NCBI GenBank assembly: GCA_964546555.1
Contig: CAZJJX010000001.1
Location: 1 to 55,446 of the forward strand
Direction of reading: 5' to 3'
DNA: 55,446 nt
Source: an uncultured Candidatus Saccharibacteria bacterium
GTDB taxonomy: Bacteria > Patescibacteriota > Minisyncoccia > Phycocordibacterales > UBA5272
Shown here: in pieces, positions 6,988-15,551 of the stretch
Layout: each line of letters opens with the position of its first letter
Numbering within the stretch: the first letter of the stretch is position 1
Made by a program: the position numbers and the translations under genes
Notes under the pieces: model-generated
Database searches by the model: none
The model's input: only the letters and a program-made list of their open reading frames with translations
What the model was told of the DNA's origin: nothing

Positions 6988-9264
6988 ATGAAAACCCCAG
7001 AGGGAGGAGATCTTCATAGGCAAACCATTGAGGACTCTTATAAATCAACTGACCCGGTACCCATTCGTAGCGATGAGGGCGTATCTGACGATGCATGGAA
7101 ACCTACCACACCTGATCCACGCCCAGATAACAAAATACCTGCAACTACTGGTGGAGTTGTAGATAATGATTCATGGAAACCTACCGCACCTGATCCGTAC
7201 TCAACTAATCCAGCACCTTTACCTAACAGCAGGATTATACTTACCGAAGAAGATATTAAGAGTTTTCATACAAAACTTGTCGAGATCCAAAAAGCTGCAA
7301 CCCAAAATACTGTCGCTGATGGAGAGGACGGAGCGAAATCACCTAGCCCATTTGATAGGCTAGCTGGAGGACACTACACACAGAGACGCTACACACCTCC
7401 TCGTGGGGATATTTATGAAATAAGTAAACAGATACTTGACGAGGGAAAGATAATCGAGGATGCTAGTTCACATATTGAAGAAAGACCTATCGATGATAAT
7501 AGCATACGGCAAGATTTTATGAACACCAGACCTGGAAAACATGGTGGGCAACCAGTTGAGCGTGGGCAACCAGTTGAGCGTGGGCAACCAGTTGTAGACG
7601 ACGGGCAAGGCGATTGGCGCAATCGTTTTGACGAAGATACAGTTCCTGACCAACTGCTCGTTCAAAACCCTCAAAAGGGGCATGATTATAGCGATCCAAT
7701 TGTAGCAACATTTCCACTACCACTACCGAACGAAAACACAACCAAGCCTGCGGAACCATCTGAATATCACCCAAAAAAGAATGAGGCTCTCAAAAAGCAT
7801 AAGAGATCTTATTTTGGACAATCTACAAATATTCTTGCGAGACGACTTGCTCGAAAAACAAAACAAAATCTAGCACAAGGTGTAGATAGTATTATTGAGC
7901 ATTTCAAGCACGATAAAGAAAATTCTCAAGAAAATAAAAAGAAAGACAAGAAAGATGTCTTGCGCGGCTCATGGTTCAAAAAAGTTTTTGGTAAATACAA
8001 TAAGCGTGAAGATGAAGATACATTTTTATCGCATGTAGATTATGCAAACGAAAATGACATAAAAGCAATGTTTGCAAAAAAGCCATCAACCGAAACCTCT
8101 ACAGAAAAAGGAGAAGTTGACCTAACAAGTGATCCATCATTTGAAAAATATGACAGCCTCCATAAAGCTTACGTGGATGAAATGAAAGCTAAAGCAGCAG
8201 CAGAAAAAGAGCAAGCAAAAATAAAAGAGAAGCAACGCCTGGCACAAAAGCAGCTAGATTATGAAAAAGCAGTTCTGGAAGCACGAAAACTAAATTTGGA
8301 AGCACGAAAACCAACTATAGAAAAAATTAAATCCACACTCAAGAGGTTAACTGAGAAAACAAAAGACCTCCGTGAAGAAGTGGTACAGGAAGCAAGTATA
8401 GAAGCAAAAAGAGGGAAGGTCGATCTTCTTGAGTGGCTTGACCGTGGGGCACACTTCTTAGACAAACAAGTAAGTAAGAAGACTCGTCTAGTAACCGGTA
8501 TCGGACTTGCATGTGCAGGAGCTTTAGCCCTCTACGCAACACCAGCAGTTGGAACAATTGCTGTAATGTCTGCAGCAGGAGTAGGCGCACGCATCCTTAC
8601 TGCAAGTGCGGCGTATGTTGGAGCACAAAAATTAATCACGAAGTACATTGAAGCAAAAGAAGACTTTAATGCTAATAGACGTGATGAAGAAGACCCTCTC
8701 CTAAACCTTAAGTTCGGCTCACCTGAGAAGAAATTCTTTTCATTAGTTGCAGCAATTAGTGCAGCAGTGATGGGAAATATAGTCGGTGAACATTTAGCTC
8801 CTACTCTTGGTAACGCACTCAAAGCATACATTCCTCAAATAAACGAAACACTCTTCACCTTTGGACACTCCGTAACCTCACAAGACATTACATCTATACC
8901 TAACCCAACATCAAGCGGTGTTGTGACGTCTATCCCTGATCAGGTTATAGCTACCCCTCAAGTGCCAGTTCAGCCGGAAGTGCCACATGCAATTCCGGAG
9001 ATTGAAGTTCCTGGTATTTCATCAGAACTTCTTAGTCATAAGGTTCAACCAGGAGAAAATCTATGGCAAATAGTAAAGAAAACAATGGAAGCAAGCAACT
9101 TTGAAGGATATAACGAGCTTCCACAGGCACTCAAGGAGTGGCGAGTTGCAGAGGCGATGAGCAGACTTCCACATAATCCAGTAGAGTACGGTATATCAAG
9201 TGGAGATATCAATACGATTCGTGTCGGAGAAACTATTGATCTTAGAAAGGCATTTTCTCAATAA
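6988..9264 (+). CDS. Large membrane/surface protein with C-terminal LysM domain
   Basis: 758 aa. Pro/Asp-rich N-terminus, Lys/Glu coiled coil, two or three hydrophobic helices (aa ~505-600), and a C-terminal LysM-like HKVQPGENLWQIVKK...GDINTIRVGETIDL. Confidence 0.65.
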   Translation: MKTPEGGDLHRQTIEDSYKSTDPVPIRSDEGVSDDAWKPTTPDPRPDNKIPATTGGVVDNDSWKPTAPDPYSTNPAPLPNSRIILTEEDIKSFHTKLVEIQKAATQNTVADGEDGAKSPSPFDRLAGGHYTQRRYTPPRGDIYEISKQILDEGKIIEDASSHIEERPIDDNSIRQDFMNTRPGKHGGQPVERGQPVERGQPVVDDGQGDWRNRFDEDTVPDQLLVQNPQKGHDYSDPIVATFPLPLPNENTTKPAEPSEYHPKKNEALKKHKRSYFGQSTNILARRLARKTKQNLAQGVDSIIEHFKHDKENSQENKKKDKKDVLRGSWFKKVFGKYNKREDEDTFLSHVDYANENDIKAMFAKKPSTETSTEKGEVDLTSDPSFEKYDSLHKAYVDEMKAKAAAEKEQAKIKEKQRLAQKQLDYEKAVLEARKLNLEARKPTIEKIKSTLKRLTEKTKDLREEVVQEASIEAKRGKVDLLEWLDRGAHFLDKQVSKKTRLVTGIGLACAGALALYATPAVGTIAVMSAAGVGARILTASAAYVGAQKLITKYIEAKEDFNANRRDEEDPLLNLKFGSPEKKFFSLVAAISAAVMGNIVGEHLAPTLGNALKAYIPQINETLFTFGHSVTSQDITSIPNPTSSGVVTSIPDQVIATPQVPVQPEVPHAIPEIEVPGISSELLSHKVQPGENLWQIVKKTMEASNFEGYNELPQALKEWRVAEAMSRLPHNPVEYGISSGDINTIRVGETIDLRKAFSQ
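7546..7596 (+). repeat. 18-bp coding tandem repeat (GQPVER, about 2.8 copies)
   Basis: gggcaaccagttgagcgt occurs twice exactly, followed by a partial third copy. Confidence 0.9.
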
Positions 9265-9270
9265 ACATTT

Positions 9271-9576
9271 ATGGACTACAGCGTACTTACAACAACATTA
9301 CTACAAAAACTTGAACTCGAGAACCTTCCAAAAGAAATCCAGGAGGAAGTGATTACTCATATAGGAGATACAATTCTTGAGCGAACCATGCTTATGATTG
9401 TTAAACACGTTACAGAAGAAGAAGCTGTAACATTACGTACACACCTTCAGGAAGGGGACATCAACGCCTTTGTAACCTTAATTGAATCAAAACAAGAGCT
9501 ACACGAGATTCTACGAAGACTCCAGAGTGATGTTGTACATGAATATCTAGAAGGTCTAAAAAATACTGATGATTAA
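9271..9576 (+). CDS. Small acidic helical protein, unknown function
   Basis: 101 aa. Starts 7 nt after the LysM gene. Shares the pattern L-x-L-x-x-L-x-x-E-x-QEE...TI with the C-terminus of ORF 48789-49589. Confidence 0.55.
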   Translation: MDYSVLTTTLLQKLELENLPKEIQEEVITHIGDTILERTMLMIVKHVTEEEAVTLRTHLQEGDINAFVTLIESKQELHEILRRLQSDVVHEYLEGLKNTDD

Positions 9577-9688
9577 GGGATTTTTCTTCCACAGCTTGAA
9601 GTAAGTACCTAGTGATACACTAGAAGTGTAGAGAATTACTTCTCTTTTTGAGATTATTCAAGCTTTTAACTGATTTATTTATTTTTAT

Positions 9689-10102
9689 ATGAAACTAAAC
9701 ATTGCCTTTATTGCACGATCACTTATCGCGCTATTATTTGTGGTTGCAGGACTTCAGAAGTTGATGCACTTCACAGAAACAGTTGCGAATATCAATGCAA
9801 TTAACATTCCTCTTCCAGGACTCGTTGCTCTTATTGTAATTATTATTGAAGTTCCTGTTGCTCTCATGTTCGCGTGGGGTTACAGAACATGTATCATGGG
9901 AGGTATCCTTCTTCTCTTTACACTTATTGTAACGGTTATGGTTCACGGCCAGCTTTCTATTGGCATGAATCTCGTTATGGCACTAAAGAACCTCGCTATC
10001 ATGGGAGGTATCCTCGCTCTTGCAACACAGTGTAACTGTGGAAAGTGCCCAGTTGCACTTTGTGGTAATTGCAAAAATGGTGTGTGTGAAAGACATAAGT
10101 AA
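9689..10102 (+). CDS. DoxX-family membrane protein with Cys-rich C-terminal tail
   Basis: Four hydrophobic helices with the DoxX-like LFVVAGLQKL motif. Tail is CNCGKCPVALCGNCKNGVC. Confidence 0.7.
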   Translation: MKLNIAFIARSLIALLFVVAGLQKLMHFTETVANINAINIPLPGLVALIVIIIEVPVALMFAWGYRTCIMGGILLLFTLIVTVMVHGQLSIGMNLVMALKNLAIMGGILALATQCNCGKCPVALCGNCKNGVCERHK

Positions 10103-10120
10103 TACCTAACATGAGTTACT

Positions 10121-10157
10121 AAAAGAGGGCGACTGCGTAGCAGTCGCCCTCTTTTTG
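10121..10157. terminator. Bidirectional intrinsic terminator
   Basis: aaa-agagggcgactg-cgtag-cagtcgccctct-tttt. Confidence 0.85.
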
Positions 10158-10217
10158 TTACAACAGCTACAAATGCAATCAAAAAACTTCATTAGCACCA
10201 AACTTCTCAAAAAATTA

Positions 10218-11030
10218 TTAAGCATACTCCTTTGTACCCATCAGCTCACGCAACACACGATTAGCATCAACAGTTTCACCTCTATCTTTCATAAATGCAT
10301 ACATAGAAAGAATCATCTTTTGGATATCACTATGGCGTATCTCGATAATCATCTGATCATTAAGCGCTAAGAGATAGAGGGAGTCTTTAAAGGCGAAAAT
10401 TTGCCCTGCGTGATTAAAATACTTTTTATCAACATAGATGGTAGAGGCTGTCCGTCCTTCGTAATCTTTCGCCCACTCGATACCTGAGAGTTTAAAGTGC
10501 TCATGAAGTACACCATGTGGGCCAATTGTTTCTGTAATAAGACCATTCTTTTTTATAATTCTGTTGATTTCATTAATTTCTTCAGGTGTAGTAACTTGTA
10601 GCCATCCTTTAACTGCGTCCATATTGGCCATCCCTAAGAATCGTTCAGCTTTATGACTTCTAAACATATCAAAGAGTACCTTCTTAACTGCCTCCTTACC
10701 ATTATGAACAACAACCACTCCATCACTTACCCCGACAACTTCTTGGCTACCATCATGTAATCCAAGTAACACTTTCTTGGTCTCATATAGCGTATCAGCA
10801 AGCTCTTTGTCACTTACTATATGCCAATGTTTCTTACCATGTATAATCTTCGATTCTACAAGCCCACGCTTTTTAAGCTTTTTAAAAATATCATAGATAG
10901 CGGGACGACTGACTTTTGTAGCTTCCATGATTCGTAGTGGGGTAGTGTACCCATGCATAAGCGCCATAAGTACTTTCTCTTCTTTGGTTGAGAGGTCAAG
11001 AAGCCTTAATTGATTCTTTAATGTATTCAT
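10218..11030 (-). CDS. TrmB/MarR-like winged-helix transcriptional regulator
   Basis: N-terminal wHTH (LSTKEEKVLMALMHGYTTPLRIMEATKVSRPAIYDIFKKLKKRGLV). I chose the start at ATG 11030 (MNTLKN). Confidence 0.65.
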   Translation of the reverse strand: MNTLKNQLRLLDLSTKEEKVLMALMHGYTTPLRIMEATKVSRPAIYDIFKKLKKRGLVESKIIHGKKHWHIVSDKELADTLYETKKVLLGLHDGSQEVVGVSDGVVVVHNGKEAVKKVLFDMFRSHKAERFLGMANMDAVKGWLQVTTPEEINEINRIIKKNGLITETIGPHGVLHEHFKLSGIEWAKDYEGRTASTIYVDKKYFNHAGQIFAFKDSLYLLALNDQMIIEIRHSDIQKMILSMYAFMKDRGETVDANRVLRELMGTKEYA

Positions 11031-11264
11031 AGTTACAATCAGCAGATTCGCGGCTCTGCCGTAAATCAATGTGATTTATGCTAAAAAGTATACTCTTTTT
11101 TACACTTTTGTAAAGTTTTCTCGACATATTTATTTCATAATTAATCATTATTTTATATACCTATATTGCCAATTTTATATTTTATACAATGTAATTTTTT
11201 ACTGTCAAGTATATTCATGATATTCTATTACCAACGATGAAGAGACAGCATAACTTCATCAAGA

Positions 11265-11726
11265 TCATTCAAATAATAATTCTCCATAATCCTCCTGATT
11301 CAGAGTCTTGGTCGCAATGCATGTCGACCAATACCCTGAATCAGATACATGTTTGAACGTCTCACATCGAGCAACGTGAACTTGTAAAGATTCTGGAGAA
11401 AGGTGGATACCAGTATGACGTGGGCCAACACTGGCTCGGCAGGCCGTAAAGCGGTTGCACCGAAACCGGTTCCGAAACCGCAAGGTTAAGGGCTGGTGCC
11501 ACTTGCGAAAGCAAGCGGGGGTAGTTGCATACCTTGTCATCCAAGCAACAGAGCTCATAACCGCAGCTGCATTATGTAACGCGAGTGGGCTTCTCTATCA
11601 AGGTTTCAAATATATTTTGAAACCTTGTCGAGATTAGTTCTTTGAAACAACATAGCCTTCTTAAGTTAATGAACACATCACTCAGACTAGTACGGGTGAG
11701 TTGTTCATTAACTTCTGGAGAACACT
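11265..11726 (+). promoter_or_regulatory. GC-rich, highly structured leader region upstream of the radical-SAM gene (class unknown)
   Basis: About 20-bp imperfect hairpin at 11295-11344; GC-rich multi-stem segment at 11390-11590 (gcggtt/aaccgc, cttgc-gaaa-gcaag, gggcca/tggctc); 11-bp AT hairpin at 11600-11626; 13-bp hairpin at 11663-11714, ending 3 nt before GGAG. Confidence 0.4.
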
Positions 11727-12872
11727 ATGGAACAAGCAACCCAAAATCCTCGCGCAATCGAGGTGTGGTGGAACCATATAAATGGTAACACCATGGAAAG
11801 TCAAGCATTCGTCAAGGCTCTCATCGCAGAGTCTCCGAGCATCGTCTCGGCTGTCATGGAACGAACATGTAACCTGCAGTGCTTGCACTGCATCTTCGGA
11901 GAGGAGAAATCCTCCAAGGCAATCTCGCAAGAGAATAACCTTAGCGGAGTCATCCGCTCGATGGTCTGGCAGATGCCGGAGGCGGGCACGTTCCTCCATA
12001 CAGGACGAATCATGCAGTCGTGGCATATCGATGTCATGGCTGGCTTGCGCGAGCTGCGAAGTGACATTGCACTCGGTGCAATTGATAATGGGTCGTTTAC
12101 GCGACTTATGTCACAGTTTGAAAAAACTGGTCTATGCTTGGACTTTCTCGATGTGTCCATTGACGGAGATGAACAGTCTCACAATGCACAACGAGGGAGC
12201 ACCAAGGCCTACGCAATGGCTCGAGCAGGTATCCAAAAGGCTAGGCGAGTGGCTCACAAGGTCACGAGTCTGATGGCGCTGTCGAAGCTTAACGCTCATT
12301 CCGTAAAACGAGTGGTCGAAGAGCTTCTGGTGTCAGGAGAAGTGGATGAGCTCCACTTCTCGCCTGTGCTCCCCTATCGTGAGGGTAACGCCCTTATTGG
12401 TATGGAAGCATCTGAGACCTTGCTTGCATTTTCACAACTCGCTTCGGTGGTCACCAGCACCACAGCCGACCGAATCCACTATCGCATCTATGATGTGAAT
12501 GGACTAGAGAAGCTTGCCCGTGTCGTGGGCACAAGCGAGTTGCGGGATGCAATTCTTGCGGGGGTGATGGACCATGGTTGCCTTGTCTTCCATGTCCACG
12601 GCGTCGAAGTATCGTACTATCCGCTCTCATTGTGGCCCCAAGAGGAAGTCGCAATAGATGCCGATGGTGGATATCGAGTCGCTGGCTATGCCAAGTATTC
12701 CCTTAATGACCTTAAGGAGAATACTAACGCGATGGGTTATACCATCGGCATGCTGACACCACAAAGTGACTTGGTCACAATGTATGCTCGGTGTGTGCGC
12801 CAGTACTGGCGCCTGTACGGCAAAGCTCATCTCCAAAAGGAGGTGCAAGTGATCAGAGGGATCATGGCTTGA
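11727..12872 (+). CDS. Radical SAM domain protein (no SPASM/twitch Cys cluster)
   Basis: CxxxCxxC motif in VMERTCNLQCLHCIF. 381 aa with only four further Cys. GGAG lies 6 nt before the ATG. G+C is clearly above that of the neighbours. Confidence 0.75.
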   Translation: MEQATQNPRAIEVWWNHINGNTMESQAFVKALIAESPSIVSAVMERTCNLQCLHCIFGEEKSSKAISQENNLSGVIRSMVWQMPEAGTFLHTGRIMQSWHIDVMAGLRELRSDIALGAIDNGSFTRLMSQFEKTGLCLDFLDVSIDGDEQSHNAQRGSTKAYAMARAGIQKARRVAHKVTSLMALSKLNAHSVKRVVEELLVSGEVDELHFSPVLPYREGNALIGMEASETLLAFSQLASVVTSTTADRIHYRIYDVNGLEKLARVVGTSELRDAILAGVMDHGCLVFHVHGVEVSYYPLSLWPQEEVAIDADGGYRVAGYAKYSLNDLKENTNAMGYTIGMLTPQSDLVTMYARCVRQYWRLYGKAHLQKEVQVIRGIMA

Positions 12873-13145
12873 CCGCAGACCCTTGGTCTGACTGCGGGAT
12901 ATAAATTAACAAGGATGCTTGGTGTTGGTGCAATATACGACACACAGGCGCGCAGAACGATATAAAAGACTGAAGTCTTCTGCAGAGCTTACTGGTAGAA
13001 TAGCTTAGACTACCCGCACACTGAGCGTGATCAGTTTGGAGAACTGGTCTACTGTCATGTGACAGTAAGTTCTCCTCTTTATCAAGTTTTCAAAAATTAT
13101 TTGAGGATTTGTAGAGAATGGTTACTGATATACTACGTACAATAT

Positions 13146-14078
13146 ATGAAAGAAAATCTACAAAACATTACAGAAGAGGTGGTTAAGAATTATTTAGAAA
13201 GAAATCAAAAGAATATTTCAGTGAATTCAGTAAAGTTACTATCAGGAGGGAAGCACTCACTTGCATTTGGGTATACCACAGACCACGCAAAATATGTTAT
13301 CAGATTTAACCAAAGTGACAGAGGTTTTTTGAAAGATAAATATACATTCGAAACCTTAAAAACTAGTGAAGTGCCTATTCCTCAAATATTTTCAACAAGG
13401 AAGTACAGTGACGGCAAATACTACTGTATTTCAGAAATGGTAGAGGGAGTTACGCCAAAGGACCAATATAAGAATGAGAACTTTGGTTCACTATCACTAC
13501 AGTTCGAGATGATAGAGAACATAAAAAACTTTAAGATTCCAAAAGAATATAGCGGGTATGGTGAGCTAGAGATAGGTGCAGATATGAGATTTGCAACTCT
13601 AGAAAGCTACCTTATGAATATCTACACAAGTAGTGATGTTTTTAACTGGAATGAACTCCGCAAACTATCATTTTTTGATCAAAGTTTTGTCGGTTATCTT
13701 GTTTCAAAGGTGCAAGAATTTTCAAAATATAGTGGAGATGTTCGCGAAGTGCTTCATGGAGATTTTGGGAACGATAACCTATTTATTAAAGATGGAAAAG
13801 TTAGTGGAGTAATTGACTGGGAGCGTCTACAGTTCGCCGATCATTTTCTTGATGTCGGTAGAGTTGTATTATTTTGCCCAAATAGAGAAGAGACTGTACG
13901 TGCTGCATTAGATTTCTATAAGGATAAAGGGTATCAAAACTACAAGGAAAGAATCATGTTGGGAGTATATTTTGCAATGCTACGAAATTACGGAACAGCT
14001 GCAACAGAAGGGAATGAAGTGTCAATTAAACGAACCCCAGAAAGACTCAAACAAATTGAAGAATTAATGAATATATAA
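13146..14078 (+). CDS. Aminoglycoside/choline-kinase-family phosphotransferase (APH-like)
   Basis: Catalytic loop LHGDFGNDNL and the GVIDWE motif. I preferred the first ATG (13146) over the GTG at 13059. Confidence 0.75.
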   Translation: MKENLQNITEEVVKNYLERNQKNISVNSVKLLSGGKHSLAFGYTTDHAKYVIRFNQSDRGFLKDKYTFETLKTSEVPIPQIFSTRKYSDGKYYCISEMVEGVTPKDQYKNENFGSLSLQFEMIENIKNFKIPKEYSGYGELEIGADMRFATLESYLMNIYTSSDVFNWNELRKLSFFDQSFVGYLVSKVQEFSKYSGDVREVLHGDFGNDNLFIKDGKVSGVIDWERLQFADHFLDVGRVVLFCPNREETVRAALDFYKDKGYQNYKERIMLGVYFAMLRNYGTAATEGNEVSIKRTPERLKQIEELMNI

Positions 14079-14082
14079 ATAC

Positions 14083-14111
14083 AAAAGCGGACCCGTAAGG
14101 GTCCACTTTTT
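14083..14111. terminator. Bidirectional intrinsic terminator
   Basis: aaaagcggaccc-gtaa-gggtccactttt. Confidence 0.8.
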
Positions 14112-14183
14112 GAATGTATTTTTATTTCTTGCTACAGAAACGAGTACGATAGCCGAGCCAGAATTTAGATGGAATTCGAAGTT

Positions 14184-14244
14184 GAATTTGTAAAAATACG
14201 ATGAGGTGTACAAGTCGTACAGTGAAGCGTATTTTTACAAATTC
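14184..14244 (-). repeat. Long 3'-UTR hairpin (family member A) downstream of tig
   Basis: 17-bp AT-rich stem gaatttgtaaaaatacg/cgtatttttacaaattc around an apical tgtac-N5-gtaca stem. Confidence 0.8.
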
Positions 14245-14262
14245 GACAAGAAGTACGCCAAA

Positions 14263-15363
14263 TTATGCCTCGGTGCTTTCAAGGAATTTCAACACCTTAT
14301 CATTAGTGAGAGCCTGGTAGAGATAGGCTTTCGCTCTCTCCTCATCCGCATCCTGTACTGTAGCTAAGAGTCTTACAAGCTCCACTTCCACTTCTTCTTC
14401 TGTTGCTGTTAGTTTTTCAGCTTGTGCAATCTTATGTAGTAAGATCTGACTAAGTGCACGCTTGTGAGCATCTTCTTTCCAACTATCCTTGAGTTCTTGT
14501 TCAGTTTTCTTTGTATGAGTAAGGTAGTCTTCCCATGTTCCTCCAAAGCGTGTAATATCTGCCTTCATCTGGTTAAGCATATTTGCAAGCTCACTTTCTA
14601 TGATTACATCTGGAAGTTCTGCTTTTGTTTCTGCAACTAGCTTCTCCATGATCGCACTTCGGCGCTTCTCTTTAAGCTTCTGCTCTTTTTCAAGTGTAAG
14701 GTTTTCTTTTACTTTTGCCTTAAGGTCGTCGAGACTTTTGAAACTGTCGCCAAAACTCTTTGCAAAGTCATCATCAAGCGGTGCAAGCTCGACTTTCTTT
14801 TCTTCAGTATTTGCTGAAGTGTCTTCGTGAGCATGATCATGACCCTCGTGATTGTGATCGTGATCATGGTTATGGTCATGATGTGCGTGGTCGTGTTCAT
14901 GTTTACGACCCTTGCGAAGCTCTTCAAGAACCGCAATAACATCGTCTTCAGTTACTTCAACTTTTTCTTTTGTATCAATAGCTTGCTTAGCAAGTTTCTT
15001 GTAATCAGGAATTTCAAACTCTGGCATAACAGGGACTGTTATTGTGAGCTCAAGTGGATTACCTTTTGCAATCTTTGTGATTGTTACTTGAGGGTCAGAG
15101 ATAGGGTTGATCTTATGCTCATCAACTGCCTGGACGTATGCCTTACGGAGTGCAAGGTTCGCCATCTCTTCTAGAATAATCATGTCGCCATACTGCTTTA
15201 CAACGAGATTCTCTGGTGCATTACCTTTACGGAACCCATCGATCTCAACTTCCTTTTGTACAACAGCAAACGCCTTTGCGTGGAAACTTTCAAACTCATC
15301 CGCTGGAACAACAATTGTAAATTCCACTAGTCCTTTCGGTAAATCTTTCTTTTCAATCTTCAT
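14263..15363 (-). CDS. tig: Trigger factor lacking the FKBP PPIase domain, with a His/Asp-rich insert
   Basis: N-terminal ribosome-binding domain (GFRKGNAP motif) and the C-terminal chaperone arm are present. The PPIase position holds HEHDHAHHDHNHDHDHNHEGHDHAHED. Confidence 0.85.
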   Translation of the reverse strand: MKIEKKDLPKGLVEFTIVVPADEFESFHAKAFAVVQKEVEIDGFRKGNAPENLVVKQYGDMIILEEMANLALRKAYVQAVDEHKINPISDPQVTITKIAKGNPLELTITVPVMPEFEIPDYKKLAKQAIDTKEKVEVTEDDVIAVLEELRKGRKHEHDHAHHDHNHDHDHNHEGHDHAHEDTSANTEEKKVELAPLDDDFAKSFGDSFKSLDDLKAKVKENLTLEKEQKLKEKRRSAIMEKLVAETKAELPDVIIESELANMLNQMKADITRFGGTWEDYLTHTKKTEQELKDSWKEDAHKRALSQILLHKIAQAEKLTATEEEVEVELVRLLATVQDADEERAKAYLYQALTNDKVLKFLESTEA

Positions 15364-15431
15364 GATAGTAAATGGTTAATAGTTAATAGTTTTTAGCAAA
15401 TGCAAAAGTAGAAAAAATAAGAAATTGCTTT

Positions 15432-15505
15432 AGCTACGAAGAGCTTAAAGATTTTTGGAAGAAGACGTACATACTAGTACGGCGACTGAGAAAAATCTCG
15501 TAGCT
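15432..15505 (-). repeat. Long 3'-UTR hairpin (family member B) downstream of ppa
   Basis: agctacg/cgtagct and agattttt/aaaaatct stems around an apical cgtac-N6-gtacg stem. T-rich tract follows on the minus strand. Confidence 0.75.
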
Positions 15506-15551
15506 GAATCACCAGATTCATACCTGGTAAAAAGTAGATGAAGTAATTTTA

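Noticed and set aside
11390-11600. Whether the GC-rich structured segment is RNase P RNA, tmRNA, or a cobalamin, SAM or TPP riboswitch
   Set aside because: None of the signature motifs is present: GGAAAGUCC and ACAGAA..GGCUUA for RNase P, a tRNA-like 3' end with T-loop and an ...ALAA tag ORF for tmRNA, the B12 box, the S-box core, or CUGAGA..ACCUGA. The only resemblance, gcaacagag, is in the wrong order.
11265-11637. ORFs 11265-11558 (minus, 97 aa) and 11455-11637 (plus, 60 aa, TTG start)
   Set aside because: Their Arg/Cys-rich composition is typical of translated GC-rich structured RNA. They have no SD, overlap each other, and span strong hairpins.
13050-13065. The inverted repeat actgtca-tg-tgacagt upstream of the APH-like gene as an operator
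   Set aside because: It is a single short occurrence with no second site or adjacent regulator, and cannot be told apart from chance.
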